A stretch of 59,954 bases of DNA, the filler included, from Sphacelaria rigidula (taxonomy: Eukaryota), in assembly GCA_964200075.2 (NCBI GenBank). It is 8 parts of 8 records of this genome, joined end to end, with 100 filler letters (N's around TTAATTAATTAA, not from the genome) between each part and the next. Parts side by side here need not be neighbours in the genome. Positions count along the whole stretch, not along the records: positions 7,509 to 14,915 come from CAXNAA020015064.1; positions 15,016 to 22,422 come from CAXNAA020015065.1; positions 22,523 to 29,929 come from CAXNAA020015066.1; 5 more parts are not named here. One strand, given 5' to 3'. Under the pieces are notes generated by a model. The model worked only from the letters and a program-made list of their open reading frames with translations, had not been told where the DNA came from and made no database searches. The translations under genes were made by a program, and so were the position numbers. This document shows positions 12,852 to 24,658 of the stretch, piece by piece (within the stretch, counting starts at the first letter, position 1; every line of letters starts with the position of its first letter).

Positions 12852-13205
12852 CAGCCCGGTTATCGAGATTCAGGATGGAGCTTTTCATTAGGGATGATAA
12901 CCCGGAAAATTAAAATCCTCGTATCCACACCAATTCTTCGAATCATGGTTGCATTCCTTCACCTACCGGTAGCTACTGACACATCGGGTCGCCTAAATTC
13001 CCCATAATTATTCTTTCATCTTGGGACCCCAATATTTCTGTCATCGGGATCCAAATGTGTATGGCGTCTAGTGATTGTCAATAGCTACCCGTAGGCGAAG
13101 GAATGAAACCATTAGGTCGTGAAAGTAGTGTGGATACGATTTTTTTTAATTCCCGGACCATCACCCTCAATGGAATGCTCCATCCTCAATTTCGATGATC
13201 GGCTG
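12852..13205. mobile_element. Foldback/MITE-like element with ~130-140 bp imperfect inverted arms, intronic
   Basis: Left arm CAGCC...AGGATGGAGC...CGTATCCACAC...CATTCCTTC.CCTAC.GGTAGCTA.TGACA is mirrored in 13075-13205. Confidence 0.8.
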
Positions 13206-14146
13206 TTTATCCATGTTTTTACAACAACAAAAAACACTATTATACCAGACAACTTTTTCTCTTCTTTTCTCTTCGTGGTATGTATACTCTGTTCGTCTCT
13301 ACTAACTTTTACGTTTCTTCACTTTTCTTCAGCGAGTGATCCCCTTGCATTGTAATCTCGGGTACATGTTTCATGCGGTCCGGCTGGATCCCTGCCGAAC
13401 AAGTTGAGGTGCGACAATCAATCGATTGATCAAATCAACACATGTGTGTACAACGTAAAGCATGGCTGTGCGTGCCTACCCGAATATTTTCCTGATTTCC
13501 CTATGTGCCAAGCTTCTTGCTGAACAATGAACTGCGAGCGTGGAGAAGAAAAACAAAAAACAACTAACGGGCCCAAATCGTGTATGTAGCCCTTCAACAG
13601 TGACACCAACACCAACTTTCCCGCCACTTCCTTGGGGGCAACTCGTTCGATGTTTGGGTCAAAGAAAAAAATACATACATGCACATGCACGTGCACATGC
13701 ACATGCACATGCAAATGCACATGCAAATGCAAACGCAAACGCAAACGCAAATACAAATGCAAACGAAAACGCAAAAAAAAATAAAAACGTCGATTTCTCA
13801 TGTCAAACAGAATGGACTCGACAAGTTGGGTTCTGGAAGAATCGAAAAGGTTAAAAAGAGGAAAAAAAATAATAATAATGAAACGATTCGTGTACTTGAT
13901 AGATTGATTCCACACTGATACGTAATTTGCGCTTGTCCTTTTGTTTTTTCGGGTGGTCGAGCGGAAAATCGACCAGAGAGCTGTACCCAATAATATATGT
14001 AAAGGATGGGCGAAGATTCTTCGCTAGTTATCTTTTGACAAAGAGTGTCAGCAACAACCTTTACACTATATAACAGTAGCGATAAGACAAAACAATCGCA
14101 CACACGCACACGCAACGAACCGAGGGAGCAATCGTTGGATAGTAAG

Positions 14147-14191
14147 AGCAGCAGCAGCAGCAGCAGCAGCAACGATAACAACAACAACGAT

Positions 14192-14222
<31 letters not shown>

Positions 14223-14240
14223 ACAACAACAACGACAACG

Positions 14241-14337
<97 letters not shown>

Positions 14338-14338
14338 C
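14147..14338. repeat. Long (CAG)n/(CAA)n microsatellite in the carrier intron
   Basis: Seen directly; accounts for the poly-L/V/N ORFs. Confidence 0.95.
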
Positions 14339-14394
14339 GGTAAAGACCACGCTATTAATACATACTTCAATCATCTTTTAGCGGAAACGCTCAC

Positions 14395-14589
14395 ATCTTG
14401 CAATGCATCGGAGAAGGTGCGATGCAGGCCGATGCGCGCCGTTCCGTAGATAGCTTGTCGCATGATCGCCGCAGAAAGCCCGGCGTAGACGGAAGATATG
14501 CCCTCCGTCCTCACCATGTGCACAATCAGGGAAGCGAACGTCGGCTTCGTGGTGCCTGGAGACATGGTGGCCAGCAGTTGAATTCGTAC
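14395..14589 (-). CDS. Mitochondrial carrier gene, 1st visible exon (N-terminal exon lies outside the contig)
   Basis: ccag|VRIQL...EGISSVYAGLSAAIMRQAIYGTARIGLH...ALQD|gtgagc; 195 nt; GLSAxxxRQxxYxTARxG motif of SLC25A11/DTC-type carriers. Confidence 0.92.
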
Positions 14590-14858
14590 CTGGCGCCGGC
14601 GTCGGATGCGGGAGGAACAAACACGTCTTGACAAATGTTTTTTATTATTTTGTTCTCGTTCTGTCTTTTTTTATTCTATATTTTTCATCATTTGACGGCA
14701 CGAACAATACCCTAGTCCGTAGCTCAAGCCCATATATTAGCCTTGGTTATATGAAGGAAATATCAACAACAAATCGGTTTGCAGGTACAGGTACCCTGTC
14801 GGTTGTTCAGTTATTTCTTCTTCATCCTCCACCCCCTCCCCCCATCAGTGTGTAAACT

Positions 14859-14915
14859 GTGGCTGTCTCAGGCAGTGGCGATACCAGAAAATAAAGCAAC
14901 TCATTGTAGGCTGTC
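14859..14915 (+). repeat. Dispersed repeat fragment (also at ~52337-52392)
   Basis: Shared AGTGGCGATACCA..AATAAAGC.ACT.ATTGTAGGCTGT. Confidence 0.7.
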
Positions 14916-15015
14916 NNNNNNNNNNNNNNNNNNNNNNNNNNNNNNNNNNNNNNNNNNNNTTAATTAATTAANNNNNNNNNNNNNNNNNNNNNNNNNNNNN
15001 NNNNNNNNNNNNNNN
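14916..15015. other. Artificial contig spacer
   Basis: N44-TTAATTAATTAA-N44. Confidence 0.99.
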
Positions 15016-18000
15016 TGTTTTGCATGAGAAAAAGGGCTCCTAACAATTCGAACCTCAGAAAATATTTCTGCACCCCTACCGTAGCATCACTCATGCCAAA
15101 CAACCCTCGGCCCGTAGCACCACCACTACTGCTACGTTATCAAAATTCACTGACAAGGTGAAGAAAATACAAACGCAATGATGAGGACGTCAAAAAGCGG
15201 TCTGCAGTCTTTCTCTAAACCAGAAAGTCATACTTTTGTTGTGAAAAGCCGTGCGGTCATCTGGTCATGACGTACCATTGGGCTAGCGAAATGCTTACAC
15301 AAACGAACCCATATACATATATTTTTCTCTCACCAAGCCTGATTAGACCTGCAACCCTAGCGCAACATATCCATACCTCTGGACAGACTCAAGTTCGAAG
15401 GTCTCCAGCAAGTACAAATCCACGGGCCCGAGAAGGCAAAGCGATAAACGCCTTTCAACTTCATGACAAAAAATGGGACGAAGGGCCACGTCTCATGTAG
15501 AAGTTCATCATTGTAAGAGCGATACGGGTTTGACAAACTGATCGTACGTTTTGCCAACACTTGGTTCGGCGACGCCCCGCTTTTTTTGGCTAGACTGTAA
15601 CAGTATTAAGTTTCCGATCCCCCCCACGCCCCGAAAATACAAGGGTCTCACAAAAATACTAAAATCTACCGCGCGTGACGCCACCCAAATCAGAAGTTCC
15701 CCCAGCCCGACGGGGTGGTTGATGGACGACACCAGCCGTCGGCGAAAGAGTATTGGCCAATCATCGTTCCTGAGGATTTTGACCAACCACGAAACTTCGC
15801 GCCACTTCACTCCTCCAGTCTGTTAAACCCCTGCAGCAAAAACCTAGGGGTGACGTTCAGGTCCCACAGTATATCGTACCTGCTTTTTGCTTGCCGACAA
15901 CCACCCACCATGGCGATACAGACCCGACCCGCTATGAAATACCTGAGGATCAGAATGAAAAGGCTTCGTTTTTACACAATTCGAAATGTTGTGTGAGTGA
16001 GGAGCGGATCTCGGAATCCGTCACAACAAGGCAACAGCCAAGCCAGAAACAGACGGGCCCTGACTGTATGCACTCGGGTAAATAAAACGACACAGCTGCA
16101 CGCAAGGTACGAAAGGAAGGTTTCCTTGGGACAGAGAAAAATTTCGTTGGCGCACATTGTACGCACCCAGTGCCGACGGGGCGACGCTACGCGCGGACCG
16201 TTACAGCGATTGGCGCCATGAATATAAAAAACCCGACGACGGAGCAAGATATATCCGGTAGCCGCTGTTCGACAGTGGGAACTCAAAAAAAAGGAAACTG
16301 AGCTCGCCAATTCTCACGTCTTATAATGAATGGGCGAATAGCAAAAACAGCATTAGGTGGTTAAAACGTTAAGCCAATACGCCTCAGCCCGATGTCATGT
16401 CTAGCTAGAACGAGTCGGTTCTGAGCAAAATCGGTGATCCTCCGCCCCTTGATGGAACACGGCAATGCGATTTAATGGCGAGGCAGTTGCCCATCACGCA
16501 TATATATGTAGTTGTTGATGCCAGGTCGATCTCTACCATCTCATGCCCAAGGGATTCATCCATCACACAAAGCCTGTTTTTGACGGCGGAGAGACTTGAA
16601 GCCTTGCGTTTTCCTGTTGACAAAGAAAACGAAGACAACACATCCTTCAAAAACATAATCAAAGTAAACGGCAGAAGATACGCGAGTATTCCTTGAACAG
16701 TGTGCGCTTTCTCCTTCACGCCAAATTCATATTTGTTCTTTCTCTGTCGTTTACCGTTCATCCGCTCTACGAAAAGGATCGGGCAAAGCAGAAAGGCGCC
16801 CAAATAACGCAAGCAACCCCCAAGGGCGCGGGCGGGCAAGGGTTGAGTGCACAACGGAATATCGAAATACGAACATGCAATTTCCAATCAAGATTCTATC
16901 TGCGCTGCGACGCGGTGAACAAAAACGATCTCACACACTAAAGAATACAATTGACGAAAACATTATCCTGCCCTCCCCTTCCTCCTCCCAACATCCCACC
17001 CCGCTTGCACTCAAAGGAGGTGAAAATACATACCACAGGAAGTGATACACGGGGTACGTCGCTCAGGGTTGGAAAAAGTCCCAAGTTCGACTCCCTCAAC
17101 AAACAAGACCCCCCCCTCCGCGCTCCTCGCTCCCACCCGTCATTGCTGCCGGCCACGAAGTATACCATAGGTGATACATGGATTATACCATCCAGGCGAC
17201 AACGGATCTCAAGACCTATTTCCTCACTAAGCAAGCCCTCTCCGTATTCGTCTGCTTTCTCATGCATATACCACGCGAGGCGAAAGTAAATCCCAAGGTC
17301 GACTTTCTGTACGAGCGAACTTCTCCCCTCCCCATCCTCCATCTACGCAACTTCAGCCTGAAACAAAGCATGCCGTAGGCAACATACGCACTGCCACACT
17401 CAGAGCGGTAAAACAAACAAGGTCTGCCTCCTCAAGAAGCAAGCTTTATCCTTCCCCCGTTTGCCCTCTCATGCGCATGTCACGCAGGGCCAAAAAAAAA
17501 TCAAGGTCAACTTTCTCAACGAGCACACCTCTCCCCTCCCCGTCGCCCGCGTACGCAACTTCCGCAGGAAATGAAGAATTACACGTGCGATATACGCAGT
17601 ATCCCACCGAGGGCGATGAACGATCACAACGTCGGCTCCTCCATCAGCCGGCTCTCTGCCTTTCCCACCTGCCACCTCACGCACACATTACCCAGGGCAA
17701 CAACAAATCCCAATCTTCACTTCATCAACAAGAGAGCCACTCCCTCACTGCCCCGTTCTGAGCGAATTCCGCCTGTCAAGGGTCATGCCGTACGTGATAC
17801 ACAGGGTGTCCCACGCAGGCCAAAAGCAAATCCGAACCTTGATTTCCCTTACAAGTACGCTCTCCTGTCTCCCCGCCCCCTCTTCCATGCGTATACCACC
17901 CAGGCCATTCCCGGCTTCAACGTCGACTGCCTATCCACAATCAAGTCCTCACCCTTCCCCGCCCCCGTCTCCACTTCCCCGCGTATGCCACCGAGGCGAC

Positions 18001-18679
18001 AAGAAATCTCGGCTCGACTCCCTCAACAAGCCAGCCCCGACCCCAATGGTCAGCCCTCCTTCACCACGGTCCTTTGATCCCCTCCGATGCAAACCTCTCA
18101 TGCCACCACGTATTCAGTATATGATATACGTGGTACACCACCCAGGGCGATAACAACAAACCCTAACCTCGACTTCCTCAACAAGCATGCCCTTCTTCCC
18201 CTTCCCCATCCGCGTACTTTATTTCTGCCTGCCGCAAGACATACCACAGGCAGCATCCCACCGAGAGCAATGACCCATCGCAACGTCGACGTCTTCTTCA
18301 GCCAGGTCTCTGCCTTTCCCACCTGCCCTCTCTTTCGTACTCTACCCAGGGCGACAACAACAAATCCCAACTCCCCCGCTGTCTCTTTCTCCGCCTGTCA
18401 AGGGTCACGCCGTACGTGGTACACAGGGTGTCCCACGCAGGCCAAAAGCAAATCCGAACCTTGACTTCCCTTACAAGTACGATCTCCTGTCTCTCCGCCC
18501 TCTCTTCCATGCGTATACCACCCAGGCCATTCCCGGCTTCAACGTCGACTACCTATCCACAATCAAGTCCTCACCCTTCCCCGCCCCCGTCTCCACTTCC
18601 CCGCGTATGCCACCGAGGCGACAAGAAATCTCGGCTCGACTCCCTCAACAGGCCAGCCCCCTCCCCTGCCCCGACTCTA

Positions 18680-18750
18680 GCTCCCTCTCGAAAGGGATGC
18701 GTGGTCAATGGTCAAACGACTAAGGCAAGCAACACATAAGCACGCCCCCC
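18680..18750 (+). mobile_element. 5'-truncated LINE 3' end (C-tail family), copy 1
   Basis: GCTCC.TCTCGAAAGGGATGCGTGGTCAATGGTCAAACGACTAAGGCAAGCAAC...ACG then C6; flanked by duplicated CTCCCC(C)TGCCCCGACTC. Confidence 0.85.
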
Positions 18751-19686
18751 TCCCTCCCCCTGCCCCGACTCCAATGGTTAGGCCTTCCTCACCATGGTCA
18801 TTTGACCCCCTATGATGCAATCATGCCACCACGTATACAGTTTCTGATATACGTGGTACACCACCCGGGGCGATAACAAATCCCCACTCCCTCATTGCCC
18901 TATTCTGAGCGAATTCCACCGACCAACGGGCATACCATTCGTGATACACGGAATATCCCACGCAGGCCAAAAGTGAATCCGAAGCTTACTTCCATTACAA
19001 GTACGCCCTCCTGTATCTTGGCCTTCTCTTTCATCTCTTTATATAATCAAGGCGACGATAAATCTCCAGGTCTACTTTCCAAACAGACAGTCCCTTCTCC
19101 ACCCCCTGCCCCGACTTCAACGCATACGCCACCAGGGCGCCAGCAATTCTCAAATTCGACTTTCTCAGCAGGCCAGCCCTCCCCCCTCGGCCCTCCGGCC
19201 TCCTCCGATGCAAGTCTTGCCTGCCACGAGGCACGAAATATCCGATATACGAAGTACACCACCCAGGGCGACAACAATCGCCAATGTCGACTTCCTCGAA
19301 AAGCAAGCTGTCCGCCGTTTCCACCCGTAATATCACGCGTGTATCACCCAAGGCGACAACAACTCCCGAGCTCGACTCCTCCATAGGCGAGCTTTTTCCT
19401 TCCCGCCCCCCCGGCAACAAAGAATATTACAGGTAGATGATAAACGAAGTGTCCGACTCAGGTCGACAACAACCCTCAAACACGAATCTCTGCATGGACA
19501 AGCTCTCCTCCGCCCCCGCCGCCACTCCTACGCGTATACCCCCAGGCCGACAACAAATATGATACTCGTTCTTTTCCACAAGCAAGCCCATTCCCCGACG
19601 CTTCCACTTCCACGCCTATGCCACCAGGGTCACGTCAAACCCCAAGCTCCACGTCCTCAACGAATCATCCCCCTCCCTCAGACCCT

Positions 19687-19890
19687 GCTCCGTCTCGAAA
19701 GGGATGCATGACCAATGGTCAAACGACTAAGGCAAGCAACAAATGAAAACACACCAAACAAAAAAAAAACCAACAAAANNNNNNNNNNCCCCCCCCCCCC
19801 ACCCCCCCCCCCCCCCGCAAAGGGGAGCGACCCAAAAGCAAAAAACACAAAAACAAAAAAAAACAGGGCCCCCCCCCCCCCCCCCCCCCC
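19687..19890 (+). mobile_element. C-tail LINE 3' end, copy 2 (tail region low quality, contains a gap)
   Basis: Same core 19687-19746; CCCTCCCTCAG(A/G)CCC duplicated at ~19671 and ~19888 after poly-C. Confidence 0.75.
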
Positions 19891-21540
19891 TCCCTCAGGC
19901 CCCTTGACCCCATTCTACGCAAATTCCGCCGGCCACGAGGCACACCATAGGGACAACATTTGCAAGTACACGAAACGGAGATACACCAAGACCAACAAGA
20001 TTTCGCGAGCTAGGCCCTCTCTTTAAGCAAGCCGTCACCCTCCTGCTCCCCGCACCTCCACAGTAGCTCCACCCACCACAATGCTCACCACAGACGATGT
20101 GTGTTGTATACCGAACAGGGCGAAACGAGTTCCCTAATTCGACTCCGTCTTTACAAAAAAATTCCTTCTCCTCCGTCCCTCTCTCCCGTTCCTACACAAA
20201 TTCCGCCAGCCGCCAGATACACCATAAATTACAGACGTACTGTAGCATATCACCCAGGGTGTACACATTATCCTAGCCCAGCTTCCTCTACAGGCAAAGC
20301 CTCATCCTCTTGCTCCCCGCACCTACACAGTAATGTTGCCTGCAACAAGACTTGCCATAGATGGCATGTGTTTCACACCACCTCGGACGAAACCAACTCC
20401 CTAATTCGACAGAAACCAACTCCCTACCTTGACCCCCTCTCCATAATCAAGTCCTGCTCCCCCCGTTCCCCTCCCCTGCTCCTAAACAAACTCCGCCCGC
20501 CACAAGGTATACCATAAATGACACATGTATTGCAGTATATCACCCAGGGCGTAACCATTCTCCGAGCCCAACTTCCTCCACGGCCAAAGCCTCATCCTCT
20601 TGCTCCCCGCACCTACACGTCGATTTTCCCTACCGCGAGGCGTACCATGGATACCATGCGCAACTTACCATCCACGGCAACATGAATTTCCTACCTCGAC
20701 CCCATCTCCACAAGCGATCCCTTCCACCCTGTTCCCCCTCCCCCCCCATGCGAATTTCGCCTCTCATGAGGCATATCATAGATGATAGATGTATGTCATC
20801 CAGGGCGAAAACATTCCTCGAGCTCGCCGCTTTTTTGCCGACTCGAGATTCAAACTCAAGAACAACACACACATACCGATGCATATGTATTTCACGCAAA
20901 ATTGGTTTCCAACGGCTTCTGCTTCCAAGTTTCCTTTTCTACCACCATGTCATAAAGTGACGGGCATATCGAAGGGCATCCACCACCAATGATTATTTTC
21001 ATGAGAACCCCGGCTTCTCAACAAAGACGGTGAGTGAGTGCCGCGGCTTGTGAAACGCTCAAGACCACCTCGGTGGCCATTACAAGCGCCAGTATCGCAC
21101 CGCCCACCGTAGGAGACAGGGCATCACGCGCGATCTCCAGAAACGAGCTGAACATCAACCAGCGACAAGGTAGGGCGGCGGTGCGGGGAGGCGTTTAGCT
21201 TGCTTGGGTTTGATATCTTTTCTCTTCATCATACGTGAATTTCGGTCTCTTGACAGCGCAGATGTGTACATATTTTGAATCAGTATCACGTTTACTTGAA
21301 AACTCCATCAGTGAGCGCCGAATGGAGTAGCTCCTCCGCCGCTTTTCTCGGTAAGCATTCGTTGTCTCAAGGGTTAGTCCATCCGCCCGACTCCCCCCCA
21401 ACCGGGTAGGACGAGGGGCGGGCATTAAGTTTTTGTTTCCTTCAGGGTATGGGGAAGGGTAGCATTTCTCTACTTACAGCGTACTATTGACTACGGACTT
21501 TTACTGGCAAGTGGTGCTTGTTTTTAGTCCCAGTTGTGCC

Positions 21541-21890
21541 GGTCGCCCCGGTGGCTCAGGTGATAACCTCGAAACCTTTTGACGGTTGGGTTGTGGGTTC
21601 AAACCTCGGAGCGATCTGGGACTTTTTCTCAAACAATGCCCAACAGTAGAGGGTGACTATGCAGTGGGTACACAAAATTCGATTTTATAATCGACAAGGG
21701 AAAGAGACTACTGAACCCCTCTCGCGATAAAAATAATGACAAGCACCGCAGAAGGAAGGTGGAGAACGAAAACAAACGAAAAAGGAAAAACTCCTGTGTT
21801 GGCCTTCCTCCTGTGTGGCCCCGGCTGGTGCACCCATATATAACGAAAGGTGTAGACTGGCGTCCAGAATAGATGGGTCAACGACACAAC
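21541..21890 (+). mobile_element. tRNA-derived SINE, copy 1
   Basis: A-box-like TGGCTCAGGTG and B-box-like GGTTCAAACC; colinear with 53861-54222. Confidence 0.8.
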
Positions 21891-22318
21891 ACAGTTGTGC
21901 CAATGCTACAACAAAAATTGACTTTCAATTCTGATGCAGGAATGCTTCTGCAATAAAAAGACCTCAAAAGATCTCCGGTAAAAATCGCAAAATAATTTAA
22001 ATAGAGATTAACATCCCAGTAGGTACCAAGTAAACTTCCCGCCCGTAAGTGTATAACATATCTGTTGGCAGTTGGTAGTCACAGCTGACGTGAATATCAA
22101 GATTATTTGACGCCTGAGCATACCACAATTACACCTTTTCACGCGTTCCATATTTTCGTATTGTCGTCACGTGTATTCGAACCTATGTAATGTGTCTTCA
22201 CAACATATGCTGAAAAATGTACAACCGGCATTAACTCCCCCGGGACTTGCCCTGCACTTTGCTCGATCCGAAGAGAATTCGATTAGCACTCCCTGTAGCT
22301 CATCTACTTTCACTGACG

Positions 22319-22371
<53 letters not shown>

Positions 22372-22422
22372 CCCGACCCCCCCCCGCCCCCCTCTCTACC
22401 CCCTCCTCGCTGTGAGTGCTCG

Positions 22423-22522
22423 NNNNNNNNNNNNNNNNNNNNNNNNNNNNNNNNNNNNNNNNNNNNTTAATTAATTAANNNNNNNNNNNNNNNNNNNNNN
22501 NNNNNNNNNNNNNNNNNNNNNN
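22423..22522. other. Artificial contig spacer
   Basis: N44-TTAATTAATTAA-N44. Confidence 0.99.
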
Positions 22523-24579
22523 CACTGTTTTGGGCTTGAGCCTCATCTCGAAGTTAAATCTCAATTCGCACAATTTGTTGTTCCTTGGATATTTTCTTAG
22601 GTTTTTGCTACGTGGGCCCCCCAACAGCGGCAGTGTACGACTGCAACGATGGGTACAGTGATCCTACGGCGAAGGAGTACCATCATCACAAGTCCAAAAC
22701 AAAAACGTAAACAGTAGCCACAAGGCCCCTGCCATCAAATCAACGATCACTGATGTCACACCAGACACGCTACGCATACCGTTTTTGACATATTTGTAAT
22801 GAACCATGCACAACGAACAGCACGGACTTGGGCAACGGTAGTCACTGCTCCGAACTAGCTTTCACCATGAAACTGCAGTGGCTGTTGGTATGAAAGGAAG
22901 AGACGGGGAACAAGTAAAAAACCATTTGCCTAGGGTTAGTCCGATGCTCTGGAGTGTGATATGTTGAATCGTTTCATTATTTCACGGAATAAAAAAGGTG
23001 CTCTTGGGTGCGGGGGAATTCTGCAACGCTCATCGTGTAAATTTTGTGCCACAAGACCCACTAGCATTGCCTGGGGAGAAATGGTCATCGCCCATGTTTC
23101 TTCACACTCCGACCAAAAACTGCAACTAACGATTTGTCGCAGCCCATCCATGACTACGACAGCCACAGCATAGATACACATGCATATAGGGAATTCACTT
23201 ATTCACGCATCTTGCACATATCATATTTTCAAGGTATTCTCCCGATTAAGGATTTTGCAGACACCATCCGCGACCTTCACTCGAGTATATCGCTCGAAAT
23301 AAAAACATCGTAGTGAGGAATTTTCCTCGTCACGAGATATCTTGCGATTCGCTACAGAGACTGGAGCGATACGAAACGGCCGAGCTTCAAGACCTGAGGT
23401 ACGGCATCCTCGGGAAAGCGGTGTACTGGAAGCCAGCGAATTTTCGACATATCATGTAGTATCTGATGGAGATAGGTGACCACTTTGGGACAAACAGAAC
23501 CGTTGTGCATAGATAACGCACTCTACCAATGCACGTGACACAAAAGAAGACACGTAATCGCCGACAACTTCCTCCTACTCCCGCACCACATCCTCCATCA
23601 CTCACGAGTACTCCATGGCCTGGTGGTGTTCCTCATACACGTGGGCAGTCGACGATAGGAGCAAGGGGACGGAATGGATCCAGGACACGAACGACAGCTG
23701 TCCACAGCGCGCGAAAATCATATCCCCTCGCTTCTTCGCTTCCAACCCGCGGCTCTGCCAAAAATTTAACGCGCCAGCCACTCCCGCCCTGTTCTTCCGA
23801 ACAGTCCCCACGCTGAAAATGCCGTGCATGAGGAGGCACAGCTGGAGCATGGGGGAGGTGAAGAAGTTGTTCATGGCAACATGCACCCCAGTGTGCTCGA
23901 GCTGCGGCCCGAACTTATCACAGGCTTTTAGAAGGACGTACAGAACCATTCGGGTTGTGCGACCGAGAGGGCAGTTGGCCCATTCGCTGAGGTGGCAGTC
24001 TCCTTCGAAGCCAGCGTGCACGACGCTCACGAAACAATATCCTGTCCGGCAACATACCGCCCACACCTTGATACCTGCCAGACGCGCGAGGGTAGCACAC
24101 CGGCATTTTGGACTATTCTGTGTCAATCACTTTCTTGTGTGCCAACAAGCTCTGTCCGCGAATATTCGCCGAATGTTAAGCAGAATCATGAGCACCCGAC
24201 CTTACACCGCGTTCAGTAGAGGACGATGGCATGCCGAGGTGTTGGCGTCGTTGTGCCCGGCGCAGACATGCGGCGCACATACTGACCCCGCACTCAATCG
24301 AATGTCGGGTCTAAATCGGTCAGGGGTCCTCGGGGATTACTTGTGACATAAACACGCAACATTCATGCGAACACAGCTGTTCTAAACTTCAAATTCCGTC
24401 ATCTGCGATGTCTGTCCACCTCACGTTGACTTCATCCCATGTTCCAGTCCATGGCGGTTCGGCAAAACAAAAATAAATGATGCGGTGGTTGGAAGATGGA
24501 AATGAGTGCGGCGGCGGTGTGAATGACTGTACCAAGACATCTCCACATCCGTCCTGTAACCCCCCCCCCCTCACCTTGT

Positions 24580-24658
24580 GCTCCGTCTCGAAAGGGATGC
24601 GTGGTCAATGGTCAAATGACTAAGGCAAGCAACAAATGAGTACGCCCCCCCGCCCCCC
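24580..24658 (+). mobile_element. C-tail LINE 3' end, copy 3 (in piggyBac intron)
   Basis: Core ends GAGTACG then C7GC6; preceded by C11-TCACCTTG, an imperfect TSD with the downstream CCCCCCTTG. Confidence 0.85.

Larger units (their letters stand above)
17020..20830. repeat. Degenerate higher-order tandem array, ~30 units of ~84 and ~125 bp
   Basis: Recurrent core ~ACCACCCAGGGCGACAACAAATCCCAAGCTCGACTTCCTCAACAAGCAAGCCC near 17064, 17191, 17275, 17400, 17484, 17607, 17691, 17814, 17899 ... 20800; recent block duplication ~17769-18040 / ~18391-18660. Confidence 0.85.

Noticed and set aside
13430-14449. Poly-L/V/N/H ORFs as genes
   Set aside because: They are translations of intronic microsatellites.
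19746-19890. A/C-rich low-complexity stretch as a real tail structure
   Set aside because: It flanks an N gap and looks like poor-quality read ends next to homopolymers.
17020-20830. CRISPR array
   Set aside because: Cores are highly diverged, linkers are homologous to each other rather than unique spacers, the context is eukaryotic and there are no cas genes.
23615-24346. 243-aa plus-strand ORF
   Set aside because: Antisense shadow of the piggyBac exon 23606-24074.
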